This document shows, one piece after another, positions 38,830-52,400 of a stretch of 64,000 nucleotides of DNA (the first letter of the stretch is position 1; each line of letters starts with the position of its first letter). The position numbers were made by a program, and so were the translations under genes. Under the pieces are notes generated by a model. It did not search any database and was not told the origin of the DNA. It was given only the letters and a program-made list of their open reading frames with translations. Source of the stretch: Octopus sinensis (Eukaryota); assembly GCF_006345805.1 (NCBI RefSeq), contig NC_042998.1:6758001-6822000 (forward strand). Reading direction: 5' to 3'.

Positions 38830-39430
38830 TGTGTTTCAACTACACCACCACTTGTGTTTACATCCCCATAGCTTAGTGGTTCAGCAAAAAAAATTGATAA
38901 AATTAGTACCGGGCTTAAAAAATTAAATTAAAAAAAAAGCAGTACTGAGGTCAACTCATTCAACTAAAATTCTTCAAGGTGGTGCCCCAGCATGGCCGCA
39001 ATCAAATGACCGAAACCAGTAAAAGAATATGGAGTGGCTGTGTGGTAAGTAGCTTACTTATGAACCTCATGGTTTCAGGTTCAGTCCCATTGCATGGCGC
39101 CTTGAGCAAGTGTTTTCTACTATAGCCTCGGGGCCAACCAAAGCCTTGTGAGTGGATTTAGTAGACAGAAACTGAAAGAAGCCTGTCATATATATGTATA
39201 TATATATATATATGTATGTGTGTGTATGTTTGTGTGTCTGCGTTTGTCCCCCCCAACATCGCTTGACAACCGATGCTGGTGTGTTTACATCCCCATAACT
39301 TAGCGGTTCGGCAAAAGAGTCCAATAGAATAAATTTACTAGGCTTACAAAGAATAAGTCCTGGGGTCGATTTGCTCGACTAAAAAGTGTTGCTCCAGCAT
39401 GGCCGCAGTCAAATGACTGAAACAAGTAAA
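38830..39430 (+). mobile_element. Bipartite tRNA-SINEs in tandem: 3' half (38830-39025) then a full copy (39030-39430)
   Basis: Family consensus. Confidence 0.82.
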
Positions 39431-40449
39431 TGATTATGTGCCTTTGTGTGTGTGTATAGGGGGGGGGCAGGATGCAGAGGGCTTCAAATTTTGAAAGTAA
39501 ACAACTATATTTAGAAGGTAGTCTTTCTAGCTTTGAACACTATGTAAAACCACTCATGCTATATTGTAATCCGAAAGAAAGAACATCAGTTTGTTCTACA
39601 CTGACCAAAAACGCTAAAATTGTTAAAGATTTCCTGAAGCATTATGTCTTTGAACACAGTTTAGTACTAAAAGAGAATACAAATTCTTCTCCCTTACTAG
39701 AAACCTAGTGCTTGAATATCTGATATTCTTGCATGTATATTGGTATTTCAGCTAAGCTAACATATTCACCTGTATGTGTCCACAACAATATATATAGGTT
39801 GCCTTTTGATTTTTTTTTTTTTTTTTAGCTTTTTGCCCTGTCAGGAAATGGAAATTAAATATTTACATATTTACTTGCTCCTAATTCTATGAATTCTTAT
39901 TTTGCTAACAACTATGGGGGCATGAAGAGTAATTTGTAATTTTAGTGCCGCTATATATTTTATTGAAAGAGGCACGAAACATTAGGTTTATAGAGAATGC
40001 AGATCATGTATTTTAGAACGGAACAAGCATGAAGTTCAGGGTTGTCTAATTTCTCTACTGTGCCTCCCCAATTATATTATGTACGCACATGAATACATTT
40101 ACATACACATGTGAGCATGTGCGTGAGTGCGCATGTACATGTGTGTATATAATTATGTATATATTGCATATACAGAAGTGTGTATATGTATGTGTTTATG
40201 TGTATATATTTGCTGATACATAATGCTCAGTTGCTTTTAAATGTATGTACATATGTATTTGTATGTGTATGCAAATACATAAATGCATGTGTGTAAATAT
40301 ATATATATACACACACATATTCATGTGTGTGTGTGTGTGTGTATATATAAATATATATTTATATATATATCTATATATGCATACATATTTATGTTATATA
40401 TATATATAACATAAATTATATATATATATATGTACATATATATATACAT

Positions 40450-40507
<58 letters not shown>

Positions 40508-40784
40508 TTTACATTTGTAATGAGGCTTTTCCCCACCATATTTTAAAGAGGTCTTAGGCCAACAGATCTTGGTGTCTGATGATTTGCCATAAAGTTAAAC
40601 CCTTTATGGATAGGAAACTCAGTATAACCCCATAAACTGGTTCCCCAGTAAAAATCATAGAGTGTGCTTCTCCAGATTTGTGTTTTCTAGAAATGATATG
40701 TGTTTTCTAGAAGTGGCTAGAAAGTTCACTTAGTAACCATGTGGTTCCAGGTTTCATCCTACTGCACTGCAGAGTGGTGGTTAA

Positions 40785-41398
40785 CCCTCTAGTATTCAGA
40801 TTACTCTGTCAAATGCAATACTTATCTCTATATATATAAAGCCGAAGTTGTCTGCGTATGGCAGGTTTGGTAGCCTTCAACTAACACTAGCTCCTCTGAG
40901 ACCCTGCAGCACAAGTTGACCAAAATTGAGAGTATGATAGAAGAAGGCAGGCTCTTCCTTCCATAGAAGAAAAACTTCGAATCGGACCATGTTAACACCA
41001 ACAATTATTTACATAAAAAAAGGGCTTTTTTTTCTATGAAAATCCCTATTTTTTACGATTTTTTGACTGCTGTGTCGCCATTTTTCGGTGCATTTCAACC
41101 AGAAAAATGTTCACTTAAAGAGAATAACAAGCTACATAATGCAAAATTTTTATTTTTCAAAAATTCCAATTCTGAAGTGTCGAAACAAACCCGATCAACG
41201 CCAAGCAATACTGCTAGTTTATTAATATTGTTTAGAAATTCATCATGCATTATTTCATAGCTTTGAAATTTTAATGATGTGCTTGCATATTTTTAGAATG
41301 ACATTGTAGAGTAGGTGTGAGGGATCATATCTTGTTGGTTTGAACACAAAACAGGTAGACTATTTGAGCTGGATATAGCTTGTTTCAATGCTAAAGGG
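40785..41398 (-). mobile_element. piggyBac-type MITE interrupted by a Helitron
   Basis: TTAA at 40781-40784 and 41399-41402; termini CCCTCTAGTATT / AATGCTAAAGGG; internal sequence is the reverse complement of 45689-45907. Confidence 0.8.
40825..41217 (+). mobile_element. Non-autonomous Helitron
   Basis: A|TCTCTATATATATAAAGCCG start; acccgatcaacgccaag-caatactgCTAG|T end; termini shared with 8939-9312. Confidence 0.78.
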
Positions 41399-42542
41399 TT
41401 AAGTGTTTTCTAATGCAGACTCATCTTGGTTCAACCAAAACCTCCATAGTAAAACTGGAGAGTCAGAGGCAGTGTAGAAGCCCCTCAGATTATTTTAGTT
41501 CTTGGGTGAGAGACTTAATGTATTGTCCAATTTGACAGTTCTACCTGGATCTTGAGAGTTTTTAGTGAAGTGCTCTCTCTTTGAGGATTACTTTGTCCCT
41601 TATGCCAACCAGTTTTGGAAACCCAGGAGGCACAGGAAGACATGGACTTGGACTAAGTACACCTAAAAAGAAAAGGAGCAAAAATTTCTATACATGATCC
41701 ACCACAGTATTTATCTGCATTTACACGAGTTATCGTAAACATCTGACTTCAGACACTGAAAAACAAAAAGAAAAGAAATTCTTGGATTACAAGAACTAAT
41801 GGTGTATGAATATTCTTAAGAGAATTTACTGGAGAAAAATTTGTTAACAAATGAAAACTGTGAAACTGTTTAAACATGGAATATGTTACAGTTTGAAAAT
41901 GTCACAAAACAAGCATCCAATCTTCCATTTACAGTCTCAGAAATTGAGTATGTATACAAATATTTAACTGGAAAATATTTTCTATGACAAATGGATGTGT
42001 GTCTGTGTGTCCACATTTTCTTATATACACATATTGCTCATGCAACATACATATACATATGTGTAATTATATATATTCATATAAGCATATCCAAATATGC
42101 ATACATATATACTCACAATTGACATATATATTATATGTGTGTATTGTCTATCTGTTTCTCATGCTCTTCTTGCTTGCTTTAGATATCTGTGTGTACATTA
42201 AAAGGATGATATATATATATATGTGTGTGTGTATGTATGTATAGATATGTATGTATATATATATATGTATGTATGTATAGATATATATGTATATATATGT
42301 ATGTATGTATAGATATGTATGTATATATATATGTCTGTATAGATATGTATGTATATATGTATGTCTGTATAGATATGTATGTATGTATAGATATGTATGT
42401 ATATTATATATATATATATATATATGTATGTATAGATATGTATGTATATATATATAGATATGTATGTATATATATATAGATATGTATGTATATATATGTA
42501 TATATATATGTATGTATGTATAGATATGTATGTATATATATA

Positions 42543-42593
<51 letters not shown>

Positions 42594-43669
42594 GTACATT
42601 TCTATATATAGACACTCACATACACACATATATGTTATAATTTCTATAAATGCAGTAAGAGGACACAACACATGGTTATAGTAATTAGGAAAAACCAAAT
42701 TGGGTTTCTTCATTTTCCTTAAAATATTGCTACAGAAACTACAGTGATAAATATAAACTGAGAAAGACAAGCATTTATTTCTACCTATATACTCTCACAT
42801 ATACATACATATACGCATACATGCATGTGTGTGTGTGTGTGCATAATACACTCAGCTGTTTATGATAATTTTCTATCTATCTTTCTATTGATATCTATCA
42901 TTCTATGTATGTGTATGTGTCTATCATTCTTTCTATATACAAACATATAAATATAACACAAACACACAGGATGAGCAATTAAATCAATTTCTACTGCAAT
43001 TACTGGATTTATTCCCAATTTTCTCAGTGGCATATACACATGTGTTATCATTAATACAAATATATATATATAATATATATGCGTGTGTGTATGTATGTAT
43101 ATGTATGTAATATATATATATATAATGTATATATATCGCACTAATTGCATATAATCATGCTAAATATTACTAGATTAGAATCTGCAATGTACTTTGTTAT
43201 GATATCCATATTATGGTGTATGTGTGTATGCGTGTGTGTGCATATATGTGTGTATGTGTGTGTGTATATATGTATATGTATGTATATAAAGTCATTCTTT
43301 AACAATTTTCCACCTTAGCATATAATGTGTGTGTGTGTATTTACATGTATGCATCCTACTGCATTTCATATTTAATTAATTTTAACCATCATAATGTAAT
43401 TATCTCCCCTGCCCATTTTTACCAGAATTAGTTCAAATATTTTCCTACTAATCATTAACGCTATAACTTTTATTGATTGAAAATTTCTGAATTACTACAT
43501 CTAGTATACTTTGCTCTGCTTATACTCAGTAGGCAACCCTCACTAATTTTCCCCTATCATTCATTTATGTTATGAGGTCACACTCTTGTCATTCCATCGA
43601 AGTGTGGATACTTATATATATATGTATATATGAATACATATATATGTATATGTATGTATATATATATAT

Positions 43670-43810
43670 ATCATCATCATCATCATTTAAACGTCCGCTT
43701 TCCATGCTAGCATGGGTTGGGCGATTTTGACTGAGGGCTGGTGAACCAAATGGCTGCACCAGGCTCCGATCTTGATCTGGCAGAGTTTCTACAGCTGGAT
43801 GCCCTTCCTA

Positions 43811-43816
<6 letters not shown>
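43670..43816 (-). mobile_element. RTE 3'-UTR-derived fragment
   Basis: catcatcatttaaacgtccgctttccatgctagcatgggttgg...ctggatgcccttcctaatgcc. Confidence 0.8.
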
Positions 43817-43877
<61 letters not shown>

Positions 43878-44143
43878 GTATGTATATATATATGTATGTA
43901 TGTATATATGTATGTATGTAGGTATGCATATATGCATGTATGTGTGTGTATTGCGTGTTTTTAAATATATGTGTATCCATATATACATACACACTCAAAT
44001 ATATGTATGTATATATATATATTCTTTTATTCTTTTACTTGTTTCCATTATATAAACCATGATGAGTGCAAGACCCTAACCACTGAACCACACACCTCCA
44101 CATTTATGTATTATATACAAACATATGTATACCTGTGTGTATA

Positions 44144-44184
<41 letters not shown>

Positions 44185-44939
44185 ATGACAGATAGATAAG
44201 ATAGCTTCATTAGACAGATAGATAGATGGATGGACGGATGGACGGACAGACAGACAGATAGATAGAGATAGTGGGACAGACCATAATTTCTCTAGCAGGT
44301 TTTGAACTCAGAATCATGTAGACACCTTGTCAATTTTATCTACTTGTCTTATTTTAATGTCTACCAAGCCAGTAACAACTTAACCAGTTTCTGAATGGTT
44401 GCTAAGCTATTTTAATGATTATATATATATATGGAATTAAATGCATAAATCAATTAAACAGTAATTTCACATAATCGGTTTGTTAACGAGGTAATACTTT
44501 ACAATGTCTTTATTATTTAATATTTCATAAACTGTCTCCGTTTAATTATCTTAGTATATTGAAAAAGGATTGTTCTTCACTTTGATGTAATTAGTTTTAT
44601 AGGAAAGACTAACAGTTAAAGAAACGGTTGTAATCATAAATGCTGAGTTCTACCCGATAATTGTATGTAACATGGCAAGAGGTTGTACCAGGGTTTACAT
44701 AGATATATGTAATTAAATAGGAAACTTGATTGGTAATTAGTGTATAGTGTTAGTCTAAAGTGATCAGACATTAATGAAGAGATGAATTCATTTTTTTTTT
44801 ATTTTCAAAAGGCTATTTGTTGTCCGTATCATTTTTGTGGGTTTTTAAATGCAGAAACTTCAGCAGTAGTGAAATAGTTGTATTAGATTGTCACTGATGT
44901 GTATGGTAACTTAACCAATGCAGTGTTAGGTCTGTCATC

Positions 44940-45140
44940 TCTTTTATGCTTTTACTTGTTTCAGTCATTTTGACTGGAGGACTGGCTTTAGTCGAACAAA
45001 TCGACCCCAGGACTTATTCTTTGTAAGCCTAGTACTTATTCTATCGGTCTCTTTTGCCAAATCGCTAAGTTACAGGGACATAAACACACCAGCATCGGTT
45101 GTCAAGTGATGTTGGGGGGATAAACACAGACATACAAACA
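44940..45140 (-). mobile_element. Bipartite tRNA-SINE, 3' half
   Basis: ttttacttgtttcagtcatttt...gacttattctttgtaagcctagtacttattctatcgg. Confidence 0.8.
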
Positions 45141-45688
45141 TATACATACACCCCCCCACACTCACTCTCTCACTCATTCACAGAGATATATTTCATATAG
45201 ACGAGTAACCTTTCCTGTGTTTGCAGCTTCTTTTATACCATGTGGTGTTAGAGTTAGATTGGCCATGGGCAGAGTATTTTAAATTAAACCTCAAGAAATC
45301 AGACTGGAGGTATGCTAAGCAATATCAGACATGGTTATGTTATTAACAAGCTTTGCAATTACGAGGCTCTGGATCTGAATCCCATCTGTAGCACCTTGGA
45401 CAAGTATCTTCTGGTATAGTTGCAGGATGACCAAAACTGTGTCAGAGAAATTAGGTAAAAAGCATGATTCAAAAACCATTTGAATGGATTTCACCTGATC
45501 TTGTGTGATAGATTTAGCTGTAAGCTGTATTTGACGCTACATCCTGACCTTTATATGCTTTTAGCAGAATCTGCACTGTTGCAGGCAATTTGACAAGGTT
45601 TCTAGTGTTGCTAGTTTTGCAAAAGCTCATAAGCACTCCAGGTGCTCCTTTGATATAGCTATGAAAAAGAAATGAGATTTAAATTTAA

Positions 45689-45907
45689 CCCTTTAGCATT
45701 CAAACTGGTCACATCAGGCCCAAATATTCTAGCTGTTTTATGTGCAAACTTGTCAGATCCAGCTTCTCACACTTACTCTAAAATGTTATTCTAAAAGATT
45801 AACAATCATATCATTGAAATCTTGAAGCTAAGAGATAATCCATGATTAATTCAAAGCAATGTAAATAAACCAAGATCACTTTTGAGAGTTATCTGAATGC
45901 TAAAGGA
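45689..45907 (+). mobile_element. piggyBac-type MITE
   Basis: TTAA flanks (45685-45688, 45908-45911); TIR CCCTTTAGCATT / AATGCTAAAGGA. Confidence 0.85.
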
Positions 45908-45931
45908 TTAAACCCCTCCTCATACAGTTAT

Positions 45932-46363
45932 GAATTGCCATCCAAGAATTTGGACCTGGAGATCTCCATTTCCAGTAACTTTGAGGACCACCTCCCAGTG
46001 GTGTCAGGTGTCAACAAAGAGCCCTCGACTACAACAAGACGACCGAAGTTTTTTTTTTTTTCCAAGGTCTGGGGTCTCCCGCCACTAAGCCCTAGACCAT
46101 CACCTAATCACCCTTACACATCTCATTGCTTAACAACAACAACAAGAGTGTAATGGGGCCGTTCAAGAATTTGGACCTGGAGATCTCCATTTCCAGCGAT
46201 TTCGAGGGCCACCTCCCAGTGGTGTCGGGCATCAATGAAGAGCCCTCGACTACAACAAGATGACCGAAGTTTTTTTTTTTTCTTCCAAGGTCTGGGGTCT
46301 CCGTCCCTAAGCCCTAGACCATCACCTAATCACCCTTACCTGTCTTGTTTAACAACAACAACA
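45932..46363 (+). mobile_element. Tandem dimer of a ~220-bp unit, each ending in (AAC)n, flanked by the 8-bp direct repeat ACAGTTAT
   Basis: caagaatttggacctggagatctccatttccag...ccctagaccatcacctaatcacccttac at 45943 and 46164; ACAGTTAT at 45924-45931 and 46364-46371. Confidence 0.7.
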
Positions 46364-47744
46364 ACAGTTATAAATTCAGATGTTACCACTGCTGAAGTAT
46401 ATTACTCTATATGTTTCAGACTAGCAAAATTAAAATTTGGATTCCCTTCCTACTTTTCATCTGAAAAGGTTAGTCACAGTGAAAAGCAACTGTTGTAAAA
46501 GTACTTTCTTAAACCGTTAGATAAAAAAAATTACTAAAATTTTGTAAAAGCTTGTATGAAACAAAAGAAGTGAGTGTGTATGTTTGTTTGTACACATAGA
46601 CAATCACACACATAAACAAACAAAAACTCTCTCACACACATATATATATATGTATATGTGTGTGTGTATACATGTGTGTGTATATGTGTACATATGAGCA
46701 AATGTGCAAATATATATACATATATGCATGCATATATATAAGCACACATACATATATATATATATGGGTATGTGAATGAGTTTCATAGTGTCTTGCTAGT
46801 GTGTGAAAGTGCACAAGTGTGACTGTATGTGTGAACATTTGCTATAGTGCATTTGAATTCATCAGCAAATATCTGTACCGACGATGTGACTACTTGACGT
46901 AGTTTGTATTGATTTTCAGGTGAGGGAGGAAGTGAAACATACTAAAAAGGGAAGAGGAGAAGAGATTTGACGAATTGTAGATTAACAAATGTGGTGCGGG
47001 TGGGGGTAGTAGCAGTGGATGGTGGTGGTGGTGGTGGTGGTGGTGGTGGTGGTGGTGGGTTGGGGGAGATTCAAAGTTAAAGAAACTCCCTTTGATTCAA
47101 ACGTCACCAATTACTGGAATTGCTAGAATCAACAATTATTCGGAGATAAATAGACATGAGATGCTCTACCTTAAACTGAGAAGGGAGTAATTACAACCGA
47201 AGAAACCAATTTTTGCAACGAGACTATGGAACCTGAACACATGAAAATTTGATGATAATGGCGATGGGTGGGGTGGGAGGGCGAGTTCGGTGGCGCTAAT
47301 GAAAAATGAGATGATGCTGATGATGTACTGGTGGTGGTGGTGGTTGTGGTTGTGGTTGTGATGGTGAAGTTTATTATAAGGATAAGGATTATTATAAATG
47401 TATTGAAAGTATTGATGGGAGGAAAGTGAAAGTAACTAGAATGAATGTTGGGATAATATTTGTATCAGTTTGTAAATGTATAAAAAGGTTCGCAGATGTG
47501 CAGAGTAAGATTTTGGTGATGCCATTATAATATGGGTGAATTATCACTCACACTAATTAGGATGGTATTAATCATCATATGTGACTGTTTGTATAATATT
47601 TGTATACATACAGATACATTATTAACAATAATGTGTGTGCTATAAATGCTTGTATATAATGTATATTATTTATATACATACACACATATACACACACAAA
47701 CACACACATATGTATATAATTGTATGCATGTATATATCTATGTA

Positions 47745-47802
<58 letters not shown>

Positions 47803-47851
47803 GTAAATATATATATATATTATATATATATGTAAATATATATATATACAC

Positions 47852-47903
<52 letters not shown>

Positions 47904-47990
47904 ATACATGCACACACACACACATGCAAATATATACATATTTAAATATGCATGTATTATATAAAGTGTGTATGTGTGTATAAAAGTCTG

Positions 47991-48027
<37 letters not shown>

Positions 48028-48738
48028 TACACATGCACACATACACTCACTCACACACACATGCATACACTTGTGCGTGTGATGCCTATTCAGGTGCAAA
48101 CACGTTCATAGCTATTTTCTAATCTCCAGAAGCCAAAAAAAATAATAATAATAAATAAGCTGTCTTTTACTTAATGGAATCTTAATTCCAGAGAAATATT
48201 ATTCTTTGAGATTATCTCCTTTTTCCCATTTGGAGTCAGTTGCAATTGCTGCTAGGTGTTTGGTTACTTTCTCTCAAAGCAAGAAAATTTCAACAATTTA
48301 AGAAATTTTTTTTTATTTGACATGTTGTATACATTTCTTTGTCTTCGTTGTTCAGATTCTTACTGTTGGACACATAAATTAATCTGCATTTATCTTCATA
48401 CTTTAAAGTACAATAAACCTGTTACTGCAGATCCTATCATACACCTCCTTTTAAGTGACCATGTTATTTTCTGTCCTTTCTCTCAATCAAGATGGTTCTC
48501 AAGCTTTGCATATTATGGGATGATGTCACTGGTCATAAAAAAAAAAACCTTCACTCCATTCTGCCAAACTGAGACATCCAGTTCATCAGGCAAAATTGAG
48601 ACACTGGGATAAAACGTGGTCCTCCAACTGATGGGATCCTGTCAAACTGTCCACTGCATAACAGTATGGAAAGCAGATGTAAAAATTTTAATGACATATG
48701 CATATACACACATACATACATACATACATACATATTTG

Positions 48739-49117
48739 CTCTTTACTCTTTTACTTGTTTCAGTCATTTGACTGCGGCCATGCTGGAGCACCGCCTTTAG
48801 TCGAGCAAATCGACCCCGGGACTTATTCTTTGTAAGCCCAGTACTTATTCTATCGGTCTCTTTTGCCGAACCGCTAAGTGACGGGGACGTAAACACACCA
48901 GCATCGCTTGTCAAGCAATGCTAGGGGGACGAACACAGACACATACATATATACGACAGGCTTCTTTCAGTTTCCGTCTACCAAATCCACTCACAAGGCA
49001 TTGGTCGGCCCGGGGCTATAGCAGAAGACACTTGCCCAAGATGCAATGCAGTGGGACTGAACCCGGAACCATGTGGTTGGTTAGCAAGCTACTTACCACA
49101 CAGCCACTCCTGCGCCT
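48739..49117 (-). mobile_element. Young bipartite tRNA-SINE, full copy
   Basis: Near-exact reverse complement of 58684-59075. Confidence 0.92.
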
Positions 49118-49165
49118 TGTCACAGAAAGTTTGCTATGATCATGGCCTTTGCCTCTCCTTTATAC

Positions 49166-49706
49166 CAGGGGTCACCAAACTACAGCCCACAGGCTGGATC
49201 CAGCCCACAGGGTCAGTTCATTTGGCTCACTGCTGCACTGTAGCTTTTGTGTAAGTACCTGCAATCAGAGTTCATTTGCCTCTAGTATGGCATCGGTGTT
49301 TGGAACAACTTATGTCTGTGAGCAAACATTTTCAAAAATGAAGAATTTGAAGTCAGCATATTGAAGAATTTGACTGATAAACATTTGAAAGAAATTCTCT
49401 TGGTTGGATGCAGCAATTCCAAAGCAAATATTGATGATATCTTAAAAGCTAAACACCAGTTTCACAAGTTTCACTAACCTTTTTTGCTACTTAGTTTATG
49501 AGATTCGGATATGTATGCATTGGGTATGATATAACTATTTTATTACTAACATCACCTCCTTTGATAAATTTTTGGTAAATAGATAAGTTGGTTGTCTTTA
49601 CTTTTTGTGTATTCACTATATTCTGCTGAACAAAATGGTTATGTGGCCTGTGCTTGTTATTCTCTCAGTTATCTGGCCTGCCATGGAAAAAGTTTGGTAA
49701 CCCCTG
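49166..49706 (+). mobile_element. Internally deleted hAT (Charlie-like) transposon carrying the transposase C-terminus
   Basis: TIR CAGGGGTCACCAAACT / AGTTTGGTAACCCCTG; 8-bp TSD ctttatac / ctctatac; ASVFGTTYVCEQTFSKMKNLKS...LTDKHL is the hAT dimerisation-domain motif. Confidence 0.9.
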
Positions 49707-49856
49707 CTCTATACTAAAACTAAGACAAAACTTGGTTCTATGTTGGCTTTGGAATGGTTTCTACAGCTGGATACCCTTCCTGACACTGACCACTTAACAG
49801 AATGTACCTGCCTTTTACATTGTACCAGTACACACACACACATGCACATACACATA

Positions 49857-50754
49857 CAGGGGTTGGACAAAATAATGGAAACACCTTTAAATTCCAAACA
49901 AATTTATCTTAATATGATGAATTTGATCAGATAAAATGCTTAGTCTTGACTATTAATTCTGCCATGGAGGGAAACCATTGGGCTGGTGGATTTCCAAGAT
50001 ATAGCCCTCCAGATCATCACAGATCCTTCTCCATGTTTAACAGTTGGAAGAAGGCAGTCCGGGTCAAATGCTTCTTTTGGCTGTCTCCACACATATACTC
50101 AGTCAGTGGTCGGAAATAAGGTAAAGGATGACTCATCCAAGCAAATAACATTCTTCCACTGTTCTAGAGACCAATTCTGTAGGTTTTTACTCCACTCTAA
50201 ATGTTTTGCAATATTTATTTTTGAAAGTAGTGGTTTTCTGATTGCAGCCCTCCTGTGAAATCTGGCTTTGTGCAGCTCCTAGTGAACAGTTTTTGTGGAA
50301 TCTGAGTTCTTGAGGTGGTCATTAAGCTCTGCAGTAATTTTGGGAGCTGTACTTTTGTGATCCTTTCAAACAATTTGCATAAGAGTCCGACGGTCCCTAT
50401 CTGAAATTTTGGTTTTCTTCAGGAGTTTTAATTTGACAAGGAGGTTTTTCCCTCTTTCTCAAAAGCTGTCATTACTTTTGAGACAGTAGTTCTTGATACA
50501 CCAAACATTTCAACTGTTTTCGTTATGCTAGCACCTGCCATATGAGCACCAACAATATGACCTCTTTGAAAGTTCCATAGATCTGTCATTTTAATGAATT
50601 TTAATTACCCTTTTGTGATGATATCTGAAAAGAAACAACAATTTTAGCAACACTAATAATGAATAAAAAACATAAAAATAAACAAGCTTTTACAGTTTTA
50701 TAGATAATTCAGAATTATGATGCTAGGTGTTTCCATTATTTTGTCCAACCCCTG
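49857..50754 (-). mobile_element. Tc1-family transposon, internally deleted, with a decayed transposase (ATG at 50589 on the minus strand)
   Basis: 29-bp perfect TIR CAGGGGTTGGACAAAATAATGGAAACACC with TA TSDs; translation MTDLWNFQRGHIVGAHMAGASITKT..FGVSRTTVSKV..., IRKPLL, WKNVICLDESSF, PTVKHGEGSVMIW. Confidence 0.93.
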
Positions 50755-50757
50755 TAT

Positions 50758-51150
50758 TACTCTTTTACTCTTTTACTTGTTTCAGTCATTTGACTGCGGC
50801 CATGCTGGAGCACCGCCTTTAATCGAGCAACTCAACCCCGGGACTTATTCTTTGTAAGCCCAGTACTTATTCTATCGGTCTCTTTTGCCGAACTGCTAAG
50901 TAACGGGGACATAAACACACCAGCATCGGTTGTCAAGCAATGCTAGGGGGGCAAACACAGATACACAAACACACACACGCATATATATATATATATACGA
51001 CGGGCTTCTTTCAGTTTCCGTCTACCAAATCCACTCACAAGGCATTGGTCGGCCTGGGGCTATAGCAGAAGACACTTGCCCAAGATTCCACGCAGTGGGA
51101 CTGAACCCGGAACCATGTGGTTGGTAAGCAAGCTACTTGCCACACAGCCA
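50758..51150 (-). mobile_element. Young bipartite tRNA-SINE, full copy
   Basis: Family consensus with the same diagnostic bases as 48739 and 58684. Confidence 0.9.
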
Positions 51151-51659
51151 CAAATTTAATGCACAACTGAAAAGCTGCTAGTAGTTTCGTGTTTTTATGA
51201 TACTTTAAACAGGCATATTTATAAAATATGCCGTGCATCTCCAAACAATCTTTCAGGCCCCTTTATGCTTTTATATGTAAATTACTTAACGAATAATTAC
51301 ATAAATGAATATGATCCAGTGCTTTTAAAGCCACTCACCTGATCAAGTGCCAGTACACACCTGCTGTTGAACCATATTCATTTATATAATTATTATGAAG
51401 TTATTTATGCTACAGAATGAGGCCAAAAATTCAACAACCAACAGCTGTTACCATTGTGCAGAAACAATGGTTTGTATTTTGTAATTAAAACCTGTTTATT
51501 CATTTTGTATAAATTTTCATGTAAATTCTATACACTGACGGAGTTCCACATACATAAGGAATAACCCTGCTGTATGATGACATATGGTTGCCGATAACTG
51601 CAGAGGAGCTTTGATATGGATATGCATGTTATGAGTTTACAACCTAGATAACTGATACT

Positions 51660-51980
51660 CTTTTGCTTATGACAACAAGGGTTCCATTCGTTTTGATCAA
51701 TGGAACAGCCTGCTCATGAAATTGATGCACGAGTGGTTGAGCACTCCACAAACATGCGTAACCCTTAATGTAGTTCTCAGGGAGATTCGGCATGACACAG
51801 AATGTGACAAGGCTGGCCCTTTGAAATACAGGTACTACTCATTTTTGACAGTTGACAGGATGGGAGCAATGAGAAATAAAGGGTCTTGTTCAAGGAATCA
51901 ATGCACTACTGGGATTCGAAATCATGACCTTACAGTCATGAGCGAAATGCCCAAGCCACTAAGCCGTGCCCCTCCAACCT
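51660..51980 (-). mobile_element. CORE-like tRNA-SINE
   Basis: Reverse complement of the family at 6394-6710 (gacaacaagggttcca...cttgttcaagga...gcccaagccactaagcc). Confidence 0.65.
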
Positions 51981-52004
51981 AGATGATACCAAATATACCA
52001 ATAT

Positions 52005-52400
52005 CATCATCATCATCATTATCATCATCACCATTTAATGTCCTTTTCATGCTGGCATGAGTTAGAGGGTTTGACTGGAGCTGGTAGGCTGGAAAATTGC
52101 AACAGGCTCTATTTGTCTGTTTCGTATTTGTTTCTATGGCTGGATGCCCTTCCTAATGTCAAGCACTTTACAGAGTGTACTGGGTGTTTTTTTTGTTTTG
52201 TTTTTTTGGCATGTCACTGGTATGTGTGTCCATTACATGTTACCAGCTGGGTGCCTTTCAGACGTCACTGGCACAGGTACCTTTTACATGTCACCAGCAT
52301 GGGTACCCTTAACATGTCCCTGGCACTGTCAAACACCCCCAATTCACTAAGCTTGACATGTTTCTCAAGCACAGAAAATCACCAGAAGTTTGTGTGTGTG
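52005..52400 (-). mobile_element. RTE 3'-UTR-derived fragment
   Basis: (CAT)n tail, ttttcatgctggcatg, tggatgcccttcctaatg. Confidence 0.7.

Noticed and set aside
48256-48612. 118-aa ORF with mixed composition
   Set aside because: Starts at a non-ATG codon, has no recognisable domain and no convincing splice signals.
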